Shown here piece by piece: positions 1 to 9,954 of a DNA stretch of 64,000 nucleotides. The stretch is from Promethearchaeota archaeon. GTDB lineage: Archaea > Asgardarchaeota > Lokiarchaeia > Sigyniarchaeales > SOKP01. Position 1 is the stretch's first letter, and each line of letters starts with the position of its first letter. The stretch covers positions 96,001 through 160,000 of the forward strand of contig JBHLNF010000007.1 in NCBI GenBank assembly GCA_048937405.1, read 5' to 3'. The translations under genes were made by a program, and so were the position numbers. The notes beneath the pieces are model-generated. The model saw only the letters and a list, made by a program, of their open reading frames with translations, searched no databases and was not told where the DNA came from.

Positions 1-760
1 TAAGAGCGGTTACTTTTTTATTCATAATTGGAAATAGTGAATAGGATATTAATCCTAAAACTCCTCCCCACGCCAATCCGGTATAGATGGAAAAACTATC
101 TAATGGATATATTGATATTAGAGAGAGTCTCAATAAAACATAGAATAAAGCTGTAAATAAACAGCAAGTTATGTATAATTTTATCAAAAAATTTGTTCCA
201 AGGCTCATTTCAATATTTCTAGCCATAAAGTACAAAATAAATAACATGATAAATAAGAAGAATATGCTAATTACATCATATGAACTAACAAAAAGACTAG
301 TAAAAATTGTATAGTATGTAAATTTGTATATTAATCCATGTAAACTTAAATAAAAATATTCTGGAATCTGATAAGCAGCAAAAACTAAAGCGGTAATGGA
401 AAATATTATAATCACAGCAAATAAGATTTTCGACCCTTGATATTGGGAAGGCTTTCCATAAGACTTCTGATAGCTCCTTAATGTTCTTTCTCTTTGTTTT
501 TCTTGTCTTCTCAAATATTTCCTTAAGGTTTTAGGGCCTCTATCCAAATATAGTCTTGATTCTTGATTTTTTGCTATACTTTTCTGATATCTCTGTCGTG
601 GTTCTCTTGGAGAGGTAGGAACAACAGGTACATGCTTTAATTCAAATGTGCATTCATGATTTTCTGGTAAACGATGTTTTTTACAATATGTACCTCCGCA
701 GTATTTACACGTAAATGGTAAATAACTAATCTGATCTCCGCAAAATTCACAATATGTCAG
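1..760 (-). CDS. AN1-type zinc finger fused to a rhomboid-superfamily (probably inactive, Derlin-like) membrane domain; 3' end runs off the window
   Basis: Manual translation: (M)TYCEFCGDQISYLPFTCKYCGGTYCKKHRLPENHEC, then TM helices (FLYFMARNIEMSLGTNFLIKLY; TGLAWGGVLG where GxSG would be). The only plausible start is CTG at 760 (or ATA at 766), after GGTGA. Confidence 0.7.
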   Translation of the reverse strand, partial: MTYCEFCGDQISYLPFTCKYCGGTYCKKHRLPENHECTFELKHVPVVPTSPREPRQRYQKSIAKNQESRLYLDRGPKTLRKYLRRQEKQRERTLRSYQKSYGKPSQYQGSKILFAVIIIFSITALVFAAYQIPEYFYLSLHGLIYKFTYYTIFTSLFVSSYDVISIFFLFIMLFILYFMARNIEMSLGTNFLIKLYITCCLFTALFYVLLRLSLISIYPLDSFSIYTGLAWGGVLGLISYSLFPIMNKKVTAL

Positions 761-942
761 TCCTATTCACCAAGAAAGCAATAAAATATTTCAATACTAT
801 GATCAAAGAATTAAAAAGTATAATAATGAATAATCATAATCCTTGATAATTTTTACTTTTTATTTTTTTAAATACCTTTTAATCTTACTTAAAAATTTTA
901 AAAGTGAGTATTTAAAATAGAATGTCCTCCTAAAACATACGA

Positions 943-1956
943 TTAATCTGCTGCAATTGTCCAATATAGGTTCGTAGGAGGTGGAGTAAAGATCAGAACA
1001 TACGTTGTTATTAAAAATATCAGTAATGATCCACATAGAGCAATATATATTTTTTTATTCCATCTCCAGATGTTTTGTCCATCTAAAATGCCAATAGGAA
1101 TCATATTAAACGTACCAAGCATGAAATTTAAATTTGCTGCTAAACAAAATAATTGATTGAGGGGATAAATTGGAATTATAAATGAAATTATAAAGAGTAT
1201 ACTACCATATACAAGATTAACTGTTGGTCCTGCGGCTTTACATAATCCTGTGGTTCTGTCAATCGTACTTAATCCTAAGACAACAACAGCACCAGGTAAT
1301 GCCAAAGTAGGGAAATTTGTACCACCAGATATTAATGAGTAAATATTCATACCTATACCAATTACAGTTAACATCATCCCATAGGTCAATAATCTAAATT
1401 TTGTTTGAAGATTAAAATGACGTGCTACTTGTCTATGTCCTAACTCATGAAAAAGAAAAGCTGTGGCATAGAAACCAGCTAACATAAAAATTGCCCACTG
1501 ATATCCCTTAAGAGTTATTAAATTTGGTGTGAAGGTTATAATACCAATGAGATAAATTAATGATACACCTACTACAAAATGAAATAATTCCGATTTATGA
1601 GGTAATAAAATTCCCTTAAAATCGATTCCTGAATCAGGATCAAATGCATCTACTGGAATTTGACTCTCTTGGCGATACCAGGTATATGTTCCATCTGTGG
1701 TTCCTCGAACTACTCCTGGAGTAGTTGATTGTTGAGATCTGTATTCTTGAGAAATAGGCGCTACTTGTGTTGGCTGACTATAAGAAGGGGTTATAGTTGG
1801 AGCTTGTTGGAAACTACTAGATCCTCTTACAATACTACAATCGTGATTTTCTGGTTCTTTATGTCGTAAACAATAACCATACCCACACTCATTACAATAA
1901 AAGGGATCTCCAATTATTTCATCACCACAATGGGCACAATTTGTAATTATAAACAC
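943..1956 (-). CDS. AN1-type zinc finger fused to an M50/site-2 intramembrane metalloprotease
   Basis: N-terminal CAHC...CNEC...CLRHKEPENHDC; HELGH zinc motif; AAGP; NMIPIGILDG. Confidence 0.85.
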   Translation of the reverse strand: MFIITNCAHCGDEIIGDPFYCNECGYGYCLRHKEPENHDCSIVRGSSSFQQAPTITPSYSQPTQVAPISQEYRSQQSTTPGVVRGTTDGTYTWYRQESQIPVDAFDPDSGIDFKGILLPHKSELFHFVVGVSLIYLIGIITFTPNLITLKGYQWAIFMLAGFYATAFLFHELGHRQVARHFNLQTKFRLLTYGMMLTVIGIGMNIYSLISGGTNFPTLALPGAVVVLGLSTIDRTTGLCKAAGPTVNLVYGSILFIISFIIPIYPLNQLFCLAANLNFMLGTFNMIPIGILDGQNIWRWNKKIYIALCGSLLIFLITTYVLIFTPPPTNLYWTIAAD

Positions 1957-2154
1957 CTTTTTTTTCTGAAAGAAATATTTTTTATTAAATTATAATAATG
2001 AAGATTTAAAATTTTATTGAGAATATTATTAATTAATTATTTTCCTAAAGTTCTTAATAATCTTTACTTATACTTATTAACTCTAAATTAAGATAAATAT
2101 ATTAAGCCAAAGTATACTATTTAATTAAAGCTAAAGATTTTATTGGTCTATATT

Positions 2155-2316
2155 ATGAGTGAGAATGAAAATAATGATGACATGTCATTGGATGAGGAGC
2201 GTAAGAAATTAAAAGAAATGGGTGTCAACAGTACTTGGGGTATATTAACATCTGGAGAAAAGAAAAAAAAAAAGTCCGAGGATGAAGAAAAACCTGCTTT
2301 TAGAGGATTTCAATAG
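2155..2316 (+). CDS. small charged hypothetical protein (53 aa)
   Basis: ATG at 2155 to TAG at 2314-2316, MSENENNDDMSLDEERKKLKEMG...; below the ORF-track cutoff. Confidence 0.55.
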   Translation: MSENENNDDMSLDEERKKLKEMGVNSTWGILTSGEKKKKKSEDEEKPAFRGFQ

Positions 2317-2387
2317 AAAATTAAAAGTTTTCACATATTTAAATCGTAAATGATATAAATTTATTTCATTTATTTTAATACACTTTA

Positions 2388-3995
2388 TTGGCTAAATTAA
2401 TAAACCAATCTGATGACAATTTGTCTATACCAGTTTCAATTCAGGATGGATCGTTTACAACTAACACATTAGCCTCAAAATATTTCCTTATTCATTATAT
2501 TAGCCTTATTTGGTTCTCATCTCTTCCCTTATTATTAGAATCTTATTTATTTTGGAAACTTGTAGATAACAATTTGTTTTTAATCATTTTGCTTTTACCT
2601 CTCCAAATATATATTGGATATGTAACCTTGGTAATAAGTTCTATTTTGTTAGCAAAATGTTTTTTAATTGTAACCTATATCATCCATCAACCTAAAGAAG
2701 GATTTTTTAAGACAGCGAAATTAGATAAAGATTATTATTTTTGGAGTTTAAGAGCCGTAATAAAAAAATGGCCTATATGGATTTCTAAGTTTATAACATT
2801 ACCATTAATTAATAAAATAGTTCTAAGATGGTTTAACAATGATTCAGAGTTTATTCACTTTGGTAAAAACGTCGTTATTGGACAGGGAACTTCTATAAGA
2901 GCTAGTATGATTCTTGGAAATAGCCTTATTATTAAAAAAGTAAAGCTTGAAGATAATGTAACCATAGGTTCAAATTCTTTTATATCCCCAGGAACACATA
3001 TTTCCAAGAATATTACATTAGGAGCAATGTCATTGACAAAATTTAATCAAGAAATTAAATTAGATTCTGATTCAGTTTCACTTGCCATTACTTCGACTCC
3101 AAAATTAAATCAAATTTTATCAAAAAAAAAAGATAATAATATTAATAGTAATTTAAATGAAAATACTATTCCAGTTAAACAGAAATCTGAGAAATTTATT
3201 AAAAATTTAAAATTTAATATCTCTATCTTTGGATTTCTCTACTTTATTTCAAACTCAATTCCTATTTTAGGATTATGGTATTATTTGAGTAGAGTTTTTC
3301 AACCAATTTTTTTACGGAATTCTAATTTTCTAACAATTTTTATAAATACTAACGTTTTTGTAATATTTTTAATAACACCTTTATTTCTTATAATGTTATA
3401 TATTATAAACTTGCTACTTGTAATTCTTTTCACTAAATTACTTTATAAAATACTCCAATATTTAAATCCTATAAAAGAGGGCATATTTAAATGGGATAAT
3501 AAAAATAAAGATTATAAATATTATTTCAAACGCTCATTTATACTAAGATATATGAAATGGAAAATCGTGAAGAGCCCATTTCCTTGGTTAATGAAATTTG
3601 CTTTCAATTACATTGGAAATTGCCAAATTGGAAAAAATTCAGTCATAGAAGATTCTTATTTAGCTAAAGAATTAATGAAAGTTGGAAAAAATTCATATAT
3701 TGGCAAGGCATTATTAGCAAATCACTTATGGGATAAAAATTTGACAATAAAAAAGATTTCTATAGGAGATAATGTATCAATCCTAGATAATTGTTGTATT
3801 TCTCCAGGAACAGAAATTCAGGAAAATGTGTGTCTATTGCCATTGTCAATAACTACCAAAAATGATAAATTAATCACGCATTCAATAAATTTTAATATTC
3901 CTTCAAGTAAAACTTTAAATAATAAATTAATTGACATTTATAATTTGCCTTTTTGTGCTTTATTTAACTCGAAAAAAAAACCCGATGAAAACTAA
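2388..3995 (+). CDS. membrane protein with two (TM-hairpin + hexapeptide-repeat beta-helix) acyltransferase-like units
   Basis: Two copies of the PKEG.F...DY..F motif, each followed by hexapeptide repeats (LEDNVTIGSNSFISPGT; IGDNVSILDNCCISPGT). Confidence 0.7.
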   Translation: MAKLINQSDDNLSIPVSIQDGSFTTNTLASKYFLIHYISLIWFSSLPLLLESYLFWKLVDNNLFLIILLLPLQIYIGYVTLVISSILLAKCFLIVTYIIHQPKEGFFKTAKLDKDYYFWSLRAVIKKWPIWISKFITLPLINKIVLRWFNNDSEFIHFGKNVVIGQGTSIRASMILGNSLIIKKVKLEDNVTIGSNSFISPGTHISKNITLGAMSLTKFNQEIKLDSDSVSLAITSTPKLNQILSKKKDNNINSNLNENTIPVKQKSEKFIKNLKFNISIFGFLYFISNSIPILGLWYYLSRVFQPIFLRNSNFLTIFINTNVFVIFLITPLFLIMLYIINLLLVILFTKLLYKILQYLNPIKEGIFKWDNKNKDYKYYFKRSFILRYMKWKIVKSPFPWLMKFAFNYIGNCQIGKNSVIEDSYLAKELMKVGKNSYIGKALLANHLWDKNLTIKKISIGDNVSILDNCCISPGTEIQENVCLLPLSITTKNDKLITHSINFNIPSSKTLNNKLIDIYNLPFCALFNSKKKPDEN

Positions 3996-4013
3996 TAATT
4001 TAAAAGCATTTTA

Positions 4014-4766
4014 ATGACAAATATAAATTCTCTGATAATTACAAACAATCAATTAAGAGTTAATATTACTCATTGGTTATATCCAATCTTAATTTGGCTT
4101 GCATTTTTCCCTACTAGTCTAATTTTCATATTTTTTTTCAACTTTTTTTCCTTCTGGATTGATCCTATTATTATAATATGTTTTTTACCGCTGTCTATGG
4201 TAATTTACTATTCAATTTTCATTTTGTTTATTCTATTGTTTGCTAAACTATTTTTAGTTCTTATTAATGTAATTCATCAACCAAAAGAAGGTATTTTTCA
4301 TAGAACTTTACAGGATAAAGATTTCTTATTTTATTTGTTAAGAACAAATATAAAATCTTTTGTTCTAAAAATTTTTAATTACTTTCCGTTACCCTGGGCA
4401 AAAATATTAGCCTTGAAAATTTTTGATGTAGTAATTCCGTATAATGTAGGTTTATTGGACAGTTATATTGAATCAGAATTTATAGAAATAGGTAATAATA
4501 CAATAATCGGTGAAGGATCAATCGTTATGAGTTCAATGATATTAGGAGATTTCTTACTAGTAAAAAAAGTAATGTTAAAAGATAATTGTACAATCGGTGC
4601 ATTTAGTGTAGTGGCTCCTGGAACGATTGTAGAGGAAGGAGCGATTTTAGGGATGGGAAGTTATACAAAAATAAATCAATGCTTAGAGAAGTATCATATT
4701 CATTATGGTCGACCAGCGAAAAATTGGGGAGAAATAGATGATAATTTTATCTCAACCCAAAAATAA
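4014..4766 (+). CDS. membrane hexapeptide-repeat acyltransferase-like protein (paralog of the upstream units)
   Basis: HQPKEGIF, IGNNTIIGEG, LKDNCTIGAFSVVAPGT, YGRPAK. Confidence 0.75.
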   Translation: MTNINSLIITNNQLRVNITHWLYPILIWLAFFPTSLIFIFFFNFFSFWIDPIIIICFLPLSMVIYYSIFILFILLFAKLFLVLINVIHQPKEGIFHRTLQDKDFLFYLLRTNIKSFVLKIFNYFPLPWAKILALKIFDVVIPYNVGLLDSYIESEFIEIGNNTIIGEGSIVMSSMILGDFLLVKKVMLKDNCTIGAFSVVAPGTIVEEGAILGMGSYTKINQCLEKYHIHYGRPAKNWGEIDDNFISTQK

Positions 4767-4822
4767 ATAAAGTTCAAAATACTAATTTTAAATATTATAG
4801 ATAGATTTAAGGATAATTTAAC

Positions 4823-5089
4823 ATGGTTCATAAGGTATATTGCCCTACCTGTGAAGAAATTGTCACATTACGCAGGAAAAATTTTGATCATGTTTATCAT
4901 GAAGTTCTATGTTTCATGGTAATCCTAACTCTAGGGTTGGGCTTCATTATTTACTTTATCCTAAAGTATACTAAAAAACCGAATACTTGTCCTAATTGTG
5001 AATCTGAATTTGATTTAAAAAATCTATCAACAGAAACGATTAATATAGAAAAACCTTTTGAGTCGGGTTCTACATTTACTTTACCTTAG
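4823..5089 (+). CDS. LITAF-like zinc-ribbon membrane protein
   Basis: CPTC knuckle, hydrophobic segment, CPNC knuckle. Confidence 0.55.
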   Translation: MVHKVYCPTCEEIVTLRRKNFDHVYHEVLCFMVILTLGLGFIIYFILKYTKKPNTCPNCESEFDLKNLSTETINIEKPFESGSTFTLP

Positions 5090-5342
5090 GATTCATCTTT
5101 TTATTACATCTAGGACAAATGAGATCTTTATCAGTAAGTTCTTTTTTCATTATTCGTTTTTGATATTTGCATTTTGTATTTGAACAAATAAGGATATATT
5201 TAGTTAAGTGAATTAAAGGCTTATCAATAGAACTTTTCTGTTTTTGTTCAATCTGGTTTTCGGATTTTTGATCTATAGTTTCCTTTTTTTTCTTTTGTTT
5301 TTTTTTTTCATCTTCAGATTTGAGCCATTTGTCTAAACTCAT
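5076..5342 (-). CDS. small zinc-ribbon protein
   Basis: CSNTKC...CPRC; charged N-terminus. Confidence 0.6.
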   Translation of the reverse strand: MSLDKWLKSEDEKKKQKKKKETIDQKSENQIEQKQKSSIDKPLIHLTKYILICSNTKCKYQKRIMKKELTDKDLICPRCNKKMNPKVK

Positions 5343-5474
5343 TTAAACTCACTTAGACAATTTCTAATTTTATAGTGGTCTATGATGTCAAATTATTATA
5401 TTACTTAGTATAAATAAAACCTAATAATTAAAAAAAGAGAAAAAAATAAAAATTTGTTTATCAATATTAATTAA

Positions 5475-6719
5475 TTAAAAGACTTGTACCTCTCCAGCAA
5501 TAAGTCTTTTTCTTAGTTTAAGGAAACTTTCTTTACTTAAGCTATCAGCTGAAACTTCTTCTGCTATTTTCCTTATTGAATCAAAATTAACGTTATCTGC
5601 TGGGATCAATTCAATTGAATTAACCCAAGGGTCAGTTATTGGACGTCCTATTTGAGACAATAATTTAACATGGGCTTCTAATATATCTCCTTGCCCTCTT
5701 TTAATAATAAATCTTGCAATTTCAGTACTTAATACATTATATAATTTTCCTACGTGATTTATTGGATTTTTTCCACATACAGCTTCTAAACTCATCGTTC
5801 TACAAGGTGTGATAAGCCCGTTTGACCTATTTCCACGTCCTACTTCACCATCATCACCAGCTTCGGCAGACGTACCAGTTATAGTCAGATACATTATTCC
5901 TTTTTCTATATTATCACCAACATTTACTTGACATGATACATCTCGTTCTGGGATGATGTCTGCCGCTAAATCTAAAACTGCTTCTTTTATTTGATTTGTA
6001 TAGCTGACATATTCCCCAGCATCATTGATAAATTTACTTACCATCGCAGCAGCAATAGTAATACCCACATCATTTCCAACCCTCTCTACCATTACTTTTA
6101 TGTCTTCCCCTGAAGCTTTACATTTATCCTTGAATTTATCTGAATTAATTAACTTTTCTGCTTCCAATGCTATTTTATCAACATCAGAATATGGAGCATA
6201 TCCTACTCCAAAACTCGTATCATTAGCAAGTGGAACTTCTTCAGTATGATGAGATTCATCAAAAACTCCTGTTAAGTCTATTGATCCTGGTCGAACAGCA
6301 TAATCAAACTGGATATCTTTATTTAAATCAAGGTTTCTAAAAATATTAGAAAGAACTTTTCGCTGTGTTTCTATACAAATGGTTGGAATAGGAATATATT
6401 CAAGTTTACTGGTACCATCGCCACATTCTGTAAGTATCTGATTTATAGCTCGTCCAACAATGAGAAAATATTGTGGTTGGATAATCTGACCTCCACCAAA
6501 TTCCGGTCTCGCAGTACCTCCAACTAAAGCGGCTTTATCAACATTATGGTGATAAACCCTATCAAAATTTTCAAGATAATAATTACATAATGCCCTAGAA
6601 CAAGCATCAGCAACAGCATCACAAACAGTATCTGGATGTCCAATCCCTTTCCTTTCAACTAGCTCTGGGAATTCACTTTTTTCAATTGGTAAAAAGTTAG
6701 CGCGAGTTATTTTCAACAT
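5475..6719 (-). CDS. mat: archaeal S-adenosylmethionine synthetase
   Basis: [52 protein letters not shown]. Confidence 0.97.
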   Translation of the reverse strand: MLKITRANFLPIEKSEFPELVERKGIGHPDTVCDAVADACSRALCNYYLENFDRVYHHNVDKAALVGGTARPEFGGGQIIQPQYFLIVGRAINQILTECGDGTSKLEYIPIPTICIETQRKVLSNIFRNLDLNKDIQFDYAVRPGSIDLTGVFDESHHTEEVPLANDTSFGVGYAPYSDVDKIALEAEKLINSDKFKDKCKASGEDIKVMVERVGNDVGITIAAAMVSKFINDAGEYVSYTNQIKEAVLDLAADIIPERDVSCQVNVGDNIEKGIMYLTITGTSAEAGDDGEVGRGNRSNGLITPCRTMSLEAVCGKNPINHVGKLYNVLSTEIARFIIKRGQGDILEAHVKLLSQIGRPITDPWVNSIELIPADNVNFDSIRKIAEEVSADSLSKESFLKLRKRLIAGEVQVF

Positions 6720-6868
6720 TTCGTGTAACCAACTTATTAATCTTATAAATAGTTCTTTTAAATATATTTCTAAATTTATTATCAGTTAAATTCCTTATTA
6801 AATCAAAAATGCAATCAATACATTTTAATTGATTAAAATAAAGTATCTTTATAAATATTTTATTCTTA

Positions 6869-6900
6869 TAATGCATAAGAATCATTTTATTATGCATAAG
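6869..6900. promoter_or_regulatory. candidate operator (two ATGCATAAG copies; TTATGCATAA palindrome at 6890-6899) in the mat / HTH-CBS divergent region
   Basis: Repeat at 6871 and 6892, just upstream of the regulator start. Confidence 0.4.
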
Positions 6901-6925
6901 CTTCATAAAAAATTATTGTTATACT

Positions 6926-7495
6926 ATGCAAATCTTACCATCATTGAGTGATATTAAGCGTTTACGCAAAAAATTAAATATTAGTCAAAAAGCTTTAGGA
7001 GAAAAATTAAAAATCTCTCAATCCTTAATCTCCAGAATAGAAAGTGGAGAAGTAGATCCTCCTTATTCTAAATTAAAAAAGATTTATGAATATTTAGAGA
7101 ATGAACGTAAGGTACGGGAAAAATCAAAAAAACATGCTAGTGATATTATGAGTCCAGATCTACATTCAATACAGCTTAATTCTACTATTAGAGATGCTGT
7201 CGATTTAATGAATAAATATGAAATTTCTCAATTGCCTATAATCGAAAAAAATATAAATTTAGGAAGTATAACCTCTAAAAAAGTACAGAAATCCATTACA
7301 GAGAATCCAGAGATTATTAAAATGGATGTGTCTCTCATAAAAGAATTACCTTTTCCTGAAATTGATAGAAATTGGAGTGTAAAAGATATATCTAATCTCC
7401 TTTTACAATATCCGGCTGTTCTAGTAAGAGAAAATAATTCTTATATTGGAATAATTACCGATTCTGATCTTCTTAAAATAAATAATAAAAATTAG
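6926..7495 (+). CDS. XRE-type HTH transcriptional regulator with a CBS domain pair
   Basis: LRKKLNISQKALGEKLKISQSLISRIESG..DP; CBS motifs ISQLPII and YIGIITDSDLL. Confidence 0.92.
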   Translation: MQILPSLSDIKRLRKKLNISQKALGEKLKISQSLISRIESGEVDPPYSKLKKIYEYLENERKVREKSKKHASDIMSPDLHSIQLNSTIRDAVDLMNKYEISQLPIIEKNINLGSITSKKVQKSITENPEIIKMDVSLIKELPFPEIDRNWSVKDISNLLLQYPAVLVRENNSYIGIITDSDLLKINNKN

Positions 7496-7547
7496 GATGA
7501 AAAAAAAAATAATTCTTTTATACAATACTGTGTTTTAATGATTAGAT

Positions 7548-8540
7548 TTGACAATTGAAAAGATACTTCAAAAGCTTAACGTTTTATTCAAACAGGCTAA
7601 TTATGAAACATTGGCATTAGGTAATTTTGCAGAAAAAAAAAATAAATTCTGCTTTGATCTTTTAGTCAAAAAGGAGGATTTGGTATTTAGTGTAAAAATT
7701 TTCCCCAATATTGATAATTTAAATCCCAATATCATTCAGGATATCAAATCTTTATCAGCAATCCTCAAATCAAAACCATTATTAATTGGAATTAGGAATA
7801 GATATCAAAATTTAGAAGACAATACAATATATATAAGAGAAAATTTACCTTTTATTACTATTAATACATTTGAAAATATCCTTAATAGCAATTATCCTCA
7901 TATTTTAGCAAGAAGGGGTGGTAAGGTCGTATTTTTAGAGGGATCATTAATGAAAACATTAAGAGAAGATCACTCTATAACAAGAAAAGAACTTTCGGAT
8001 AAATTAGGGATAACGAAAAGAACTGTATGCGCATATGAAAATGAATCTATGAGACCTTCAGAGAAAATTGCAAAAAAAATATCAGAAATATTAGAAAATG
8101 ATGAACTTTTTAAAAAAATTAACATATTTGGATGGCCAATTAAAGTAGATATCAAAAATTTTGAAGAGGAGGAATTGACTGAATTCGAGATTCATGTTCA
8201 AAATATTGTTAAAGATATTGGATTATCTTCATATTGGTATAGAAAAGGTTCTATCCCATTCAAATTATCTCTATATTCTACTTCTGACAAAAAAGAATCA
8301 GAAGGATTTTATCCTCTCTTCTCTGCTATCTCAGAAGAACAAAATAAAATTAATGAAATGAGTTTTAAATGCCTTAAAATGTTCACAGATTTATTCCACA
8401 AAACCTCATTATTTATTATAAACAATGGAATAAAAATACCTGAAATCTTTCATAAAGATAAAATTCCTATTGTCAAAATTAAAAATTTGGAAAAAGTAGA
8501 TGATGAAGAGGAATTCATTGAACTCATCCAAGATTCATGA
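7548..8540 (+). CDS. archaeal HTH-type transcriptional regulator (COG1395-like)
   Basis: CFDLLVKK, NIDNL, ARRGG, central HTH (TRKELSDKLGITKRTVCAYEN). Confidence 0.8.
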   Translation: MTIEKILQKLNVLFKQANYETLALGNFAEKKNKFCFDLLVKKEDLVFSVKIFPNIDNLNPNIIQDIKSLSAILKSKPLLIGIRNRYQNLEDNTIYIRENLPFITINTFENILNSNYPHILARRGGKVVFLEGSLMKTLREDHSITRKELSDKLGITKRTVCAYENESMRPSEKIAKKISEILENDELFKKINIFGWPIKVDIKNFEEEELTEFEIHVQNIVKDIGLSSYWYRKGSIPFKLSLYSTSDKKESEGFYPLFSAISEEQNKINEMSFKCLKMFTDLFHKTSLFIINNGIKIPEIFHKDKIPIVKIKNLEKVDDEEEFIELIQDS

Positions 8541-9245
8541 TGGTAGATCACAATTAATTTGTGGGATAGACGAGGCTGGCAGAATTTAATTCACTTCGAA
8601 TTTATGTTAAAAGGCTCTGTCTTAGGCCCAATGGTTATATGTGGTGTTTGTTTTACTAAATTAAATCTTGACACCCTTTCAGAAATTGGAGTCAAAGATT
8701 CAAAAAAGTTATCTCCTCAAAAAAGAAAAAATTTAGCTGAAATTATCAAAAAGAACTGTAATTCATATAAAATAATTGAGGTAACTGCTCAAGAGATTGA
8801 CGAGAGAGAACAAAAAAAAATTTCTCTGAACCGACTTGAGGAGCTTAAAATGGCTGAAATAGTTAATAACTTAAAACCTGATGTTATTTATATAGATGCT
8901 GCTGATGTCAATGAAAAAAGATTTGGAATATCAATAAAAAAATTATTAAATTATAATCCCAAAAACATCATTTCTAAACATAGAGCAGATGATATTTATC
9001 CTATCGTTTCTGCTGGTTCAATAATAGCTAAGGATAGAAGAGATTTCCTAATTGAAGAAATACATAAAAAATATGGAAATTTTGGTTCTGGTTACCCTTC
9101 GGATCCTAGAACGATCAAATTTCTAAGAGATTATATAAAAAAGTATAAAAAAGCTCCTGGAATTGCAAGAAAAACCTGGGATACTACAAAAAAAATAATA
9201 AATGAAGAAGTATCAAATAAGAAAATAACTGAGTTTTTTAGCTAG
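8500..9245 (+). CDS. rnhB: ribonuclease HII, spliced: join(8500..8582,8612..9245); alternative start TTG at 8518
   Basis: Exon 1 gives LICGIDEAGR and exon 2 gives GSVLGPMV...VKDSKKL...IDAAD...GSGYPSDP. The frames join only if 29 nt are removed. Confidence 0.92.
8583..8611 (+). other. 29-nt BHB-type mRNA intron in rnhB
   Basis: Helix UGGC(8577-80)/GUUA(8606-09), bulges AGA and AAA, inner AAUUC/GAAUU stem; canonical cuts give GGC-AG|A-GGC. Confidence 0.85.
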
Positions 9246-9937
9246 GTTCTTTTTTTTGCTATGAGAATTAAATGATTAGCGGCATATTTATGAATATCTA
9301 CACTTTCTAAAATATCCAAATTTGCATTTTCAAGGATTTTTTTCTCTTGTGCGTATACACGTTCAGATTTCTTAATACTATCTATAGATTGAGATTTTAT
9401 GATAATAATTAATAATCCATCATCTTTTAGATAATAATCGCAATTTTTTATCGCAATTTGGGCTTGTTGGGGTTGAGCAACATCTTGATATATTAAATCT
9501 ACCCTTGTAAAAATATAATTAGCATAACTTTCTGGATAACGAGCATCTGCTAATATTGGTATGATATTTCCTCTATTAGACGAATTCTGAATCAGTTGTC
9601 TCATACTTCTCTCGGCAAATTCTACACCATAAATAATTCCAGAATCTAAAATATCTGAAAGGTGAGAAATAGTCGTTCCTGAAGACGCGCCCAAATATAA
9701 ACAATTAATATTATCGGTAAAAAAATTTGTTAAAGGTTTTTCTAAAATTAGGGCTGCCAATTTACTTCTAAAAGGATCCCATTCTCTATATTCATTTCCC
9801 TTATGGGTTATTAATCTCTCTCCATATACTCTTTTTCCTTCAATTAAATTTTTTGTATAAAGCTTTAATCTTTCTTGAGGCCCAGAAATAAACACATTAC
9901 TATATTTAGGGTGATTTCTTATCTCTATTTTTGACAT
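9242..9937 (-). CDS. flpA: fibrillarin-like rRNA/tRNA 2'-O-methyltransferase
   Basis: VYGER, YREWDPFRSKLAA, LYLGASSGTTISHLSD, DVAQPQQ. Confidence 0.97.
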   Translation of the reverse strand: MSKIEIRNHPKYSNVFISGPQERLKLYTKNLIEGKRVYGERLITHKGNEYREWDPFRSKLAALILEKPLTNFFTDNINCLYLGASSGTTISHLSDILDSGIIYGVEFAERSMRQLIQNSSNRGNIIPILADARYPESYANYIFTRVDLIYQDVAQPQQAQIAIKNCDYYLKDDGLLIIIIKSQSIDSIKKSERVYAQEKKILENANLDILESVDIHKYAANHLILIAKKRT

Positions 9938-9954
9938 TTTCGATCTTTTTTATC

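Noticed and set aside
6395-6455. Possible hidden in-frame 30-nt intron in mat (apparent short insertion [10 protein letters not shown])
   Set aside because: A 4-bp helix can be drawn, but the flanking stems are poor and the site looks like a variable loop. It is worth including in a computational screen but is not supported here.
8559-8612. ORF-track N-terminus of RNase HII (MWDRRGW...)
   Set aside because: It is an out-of-frame reading of exon 1 plus the intron, and it lacks the catalytic DE residues.
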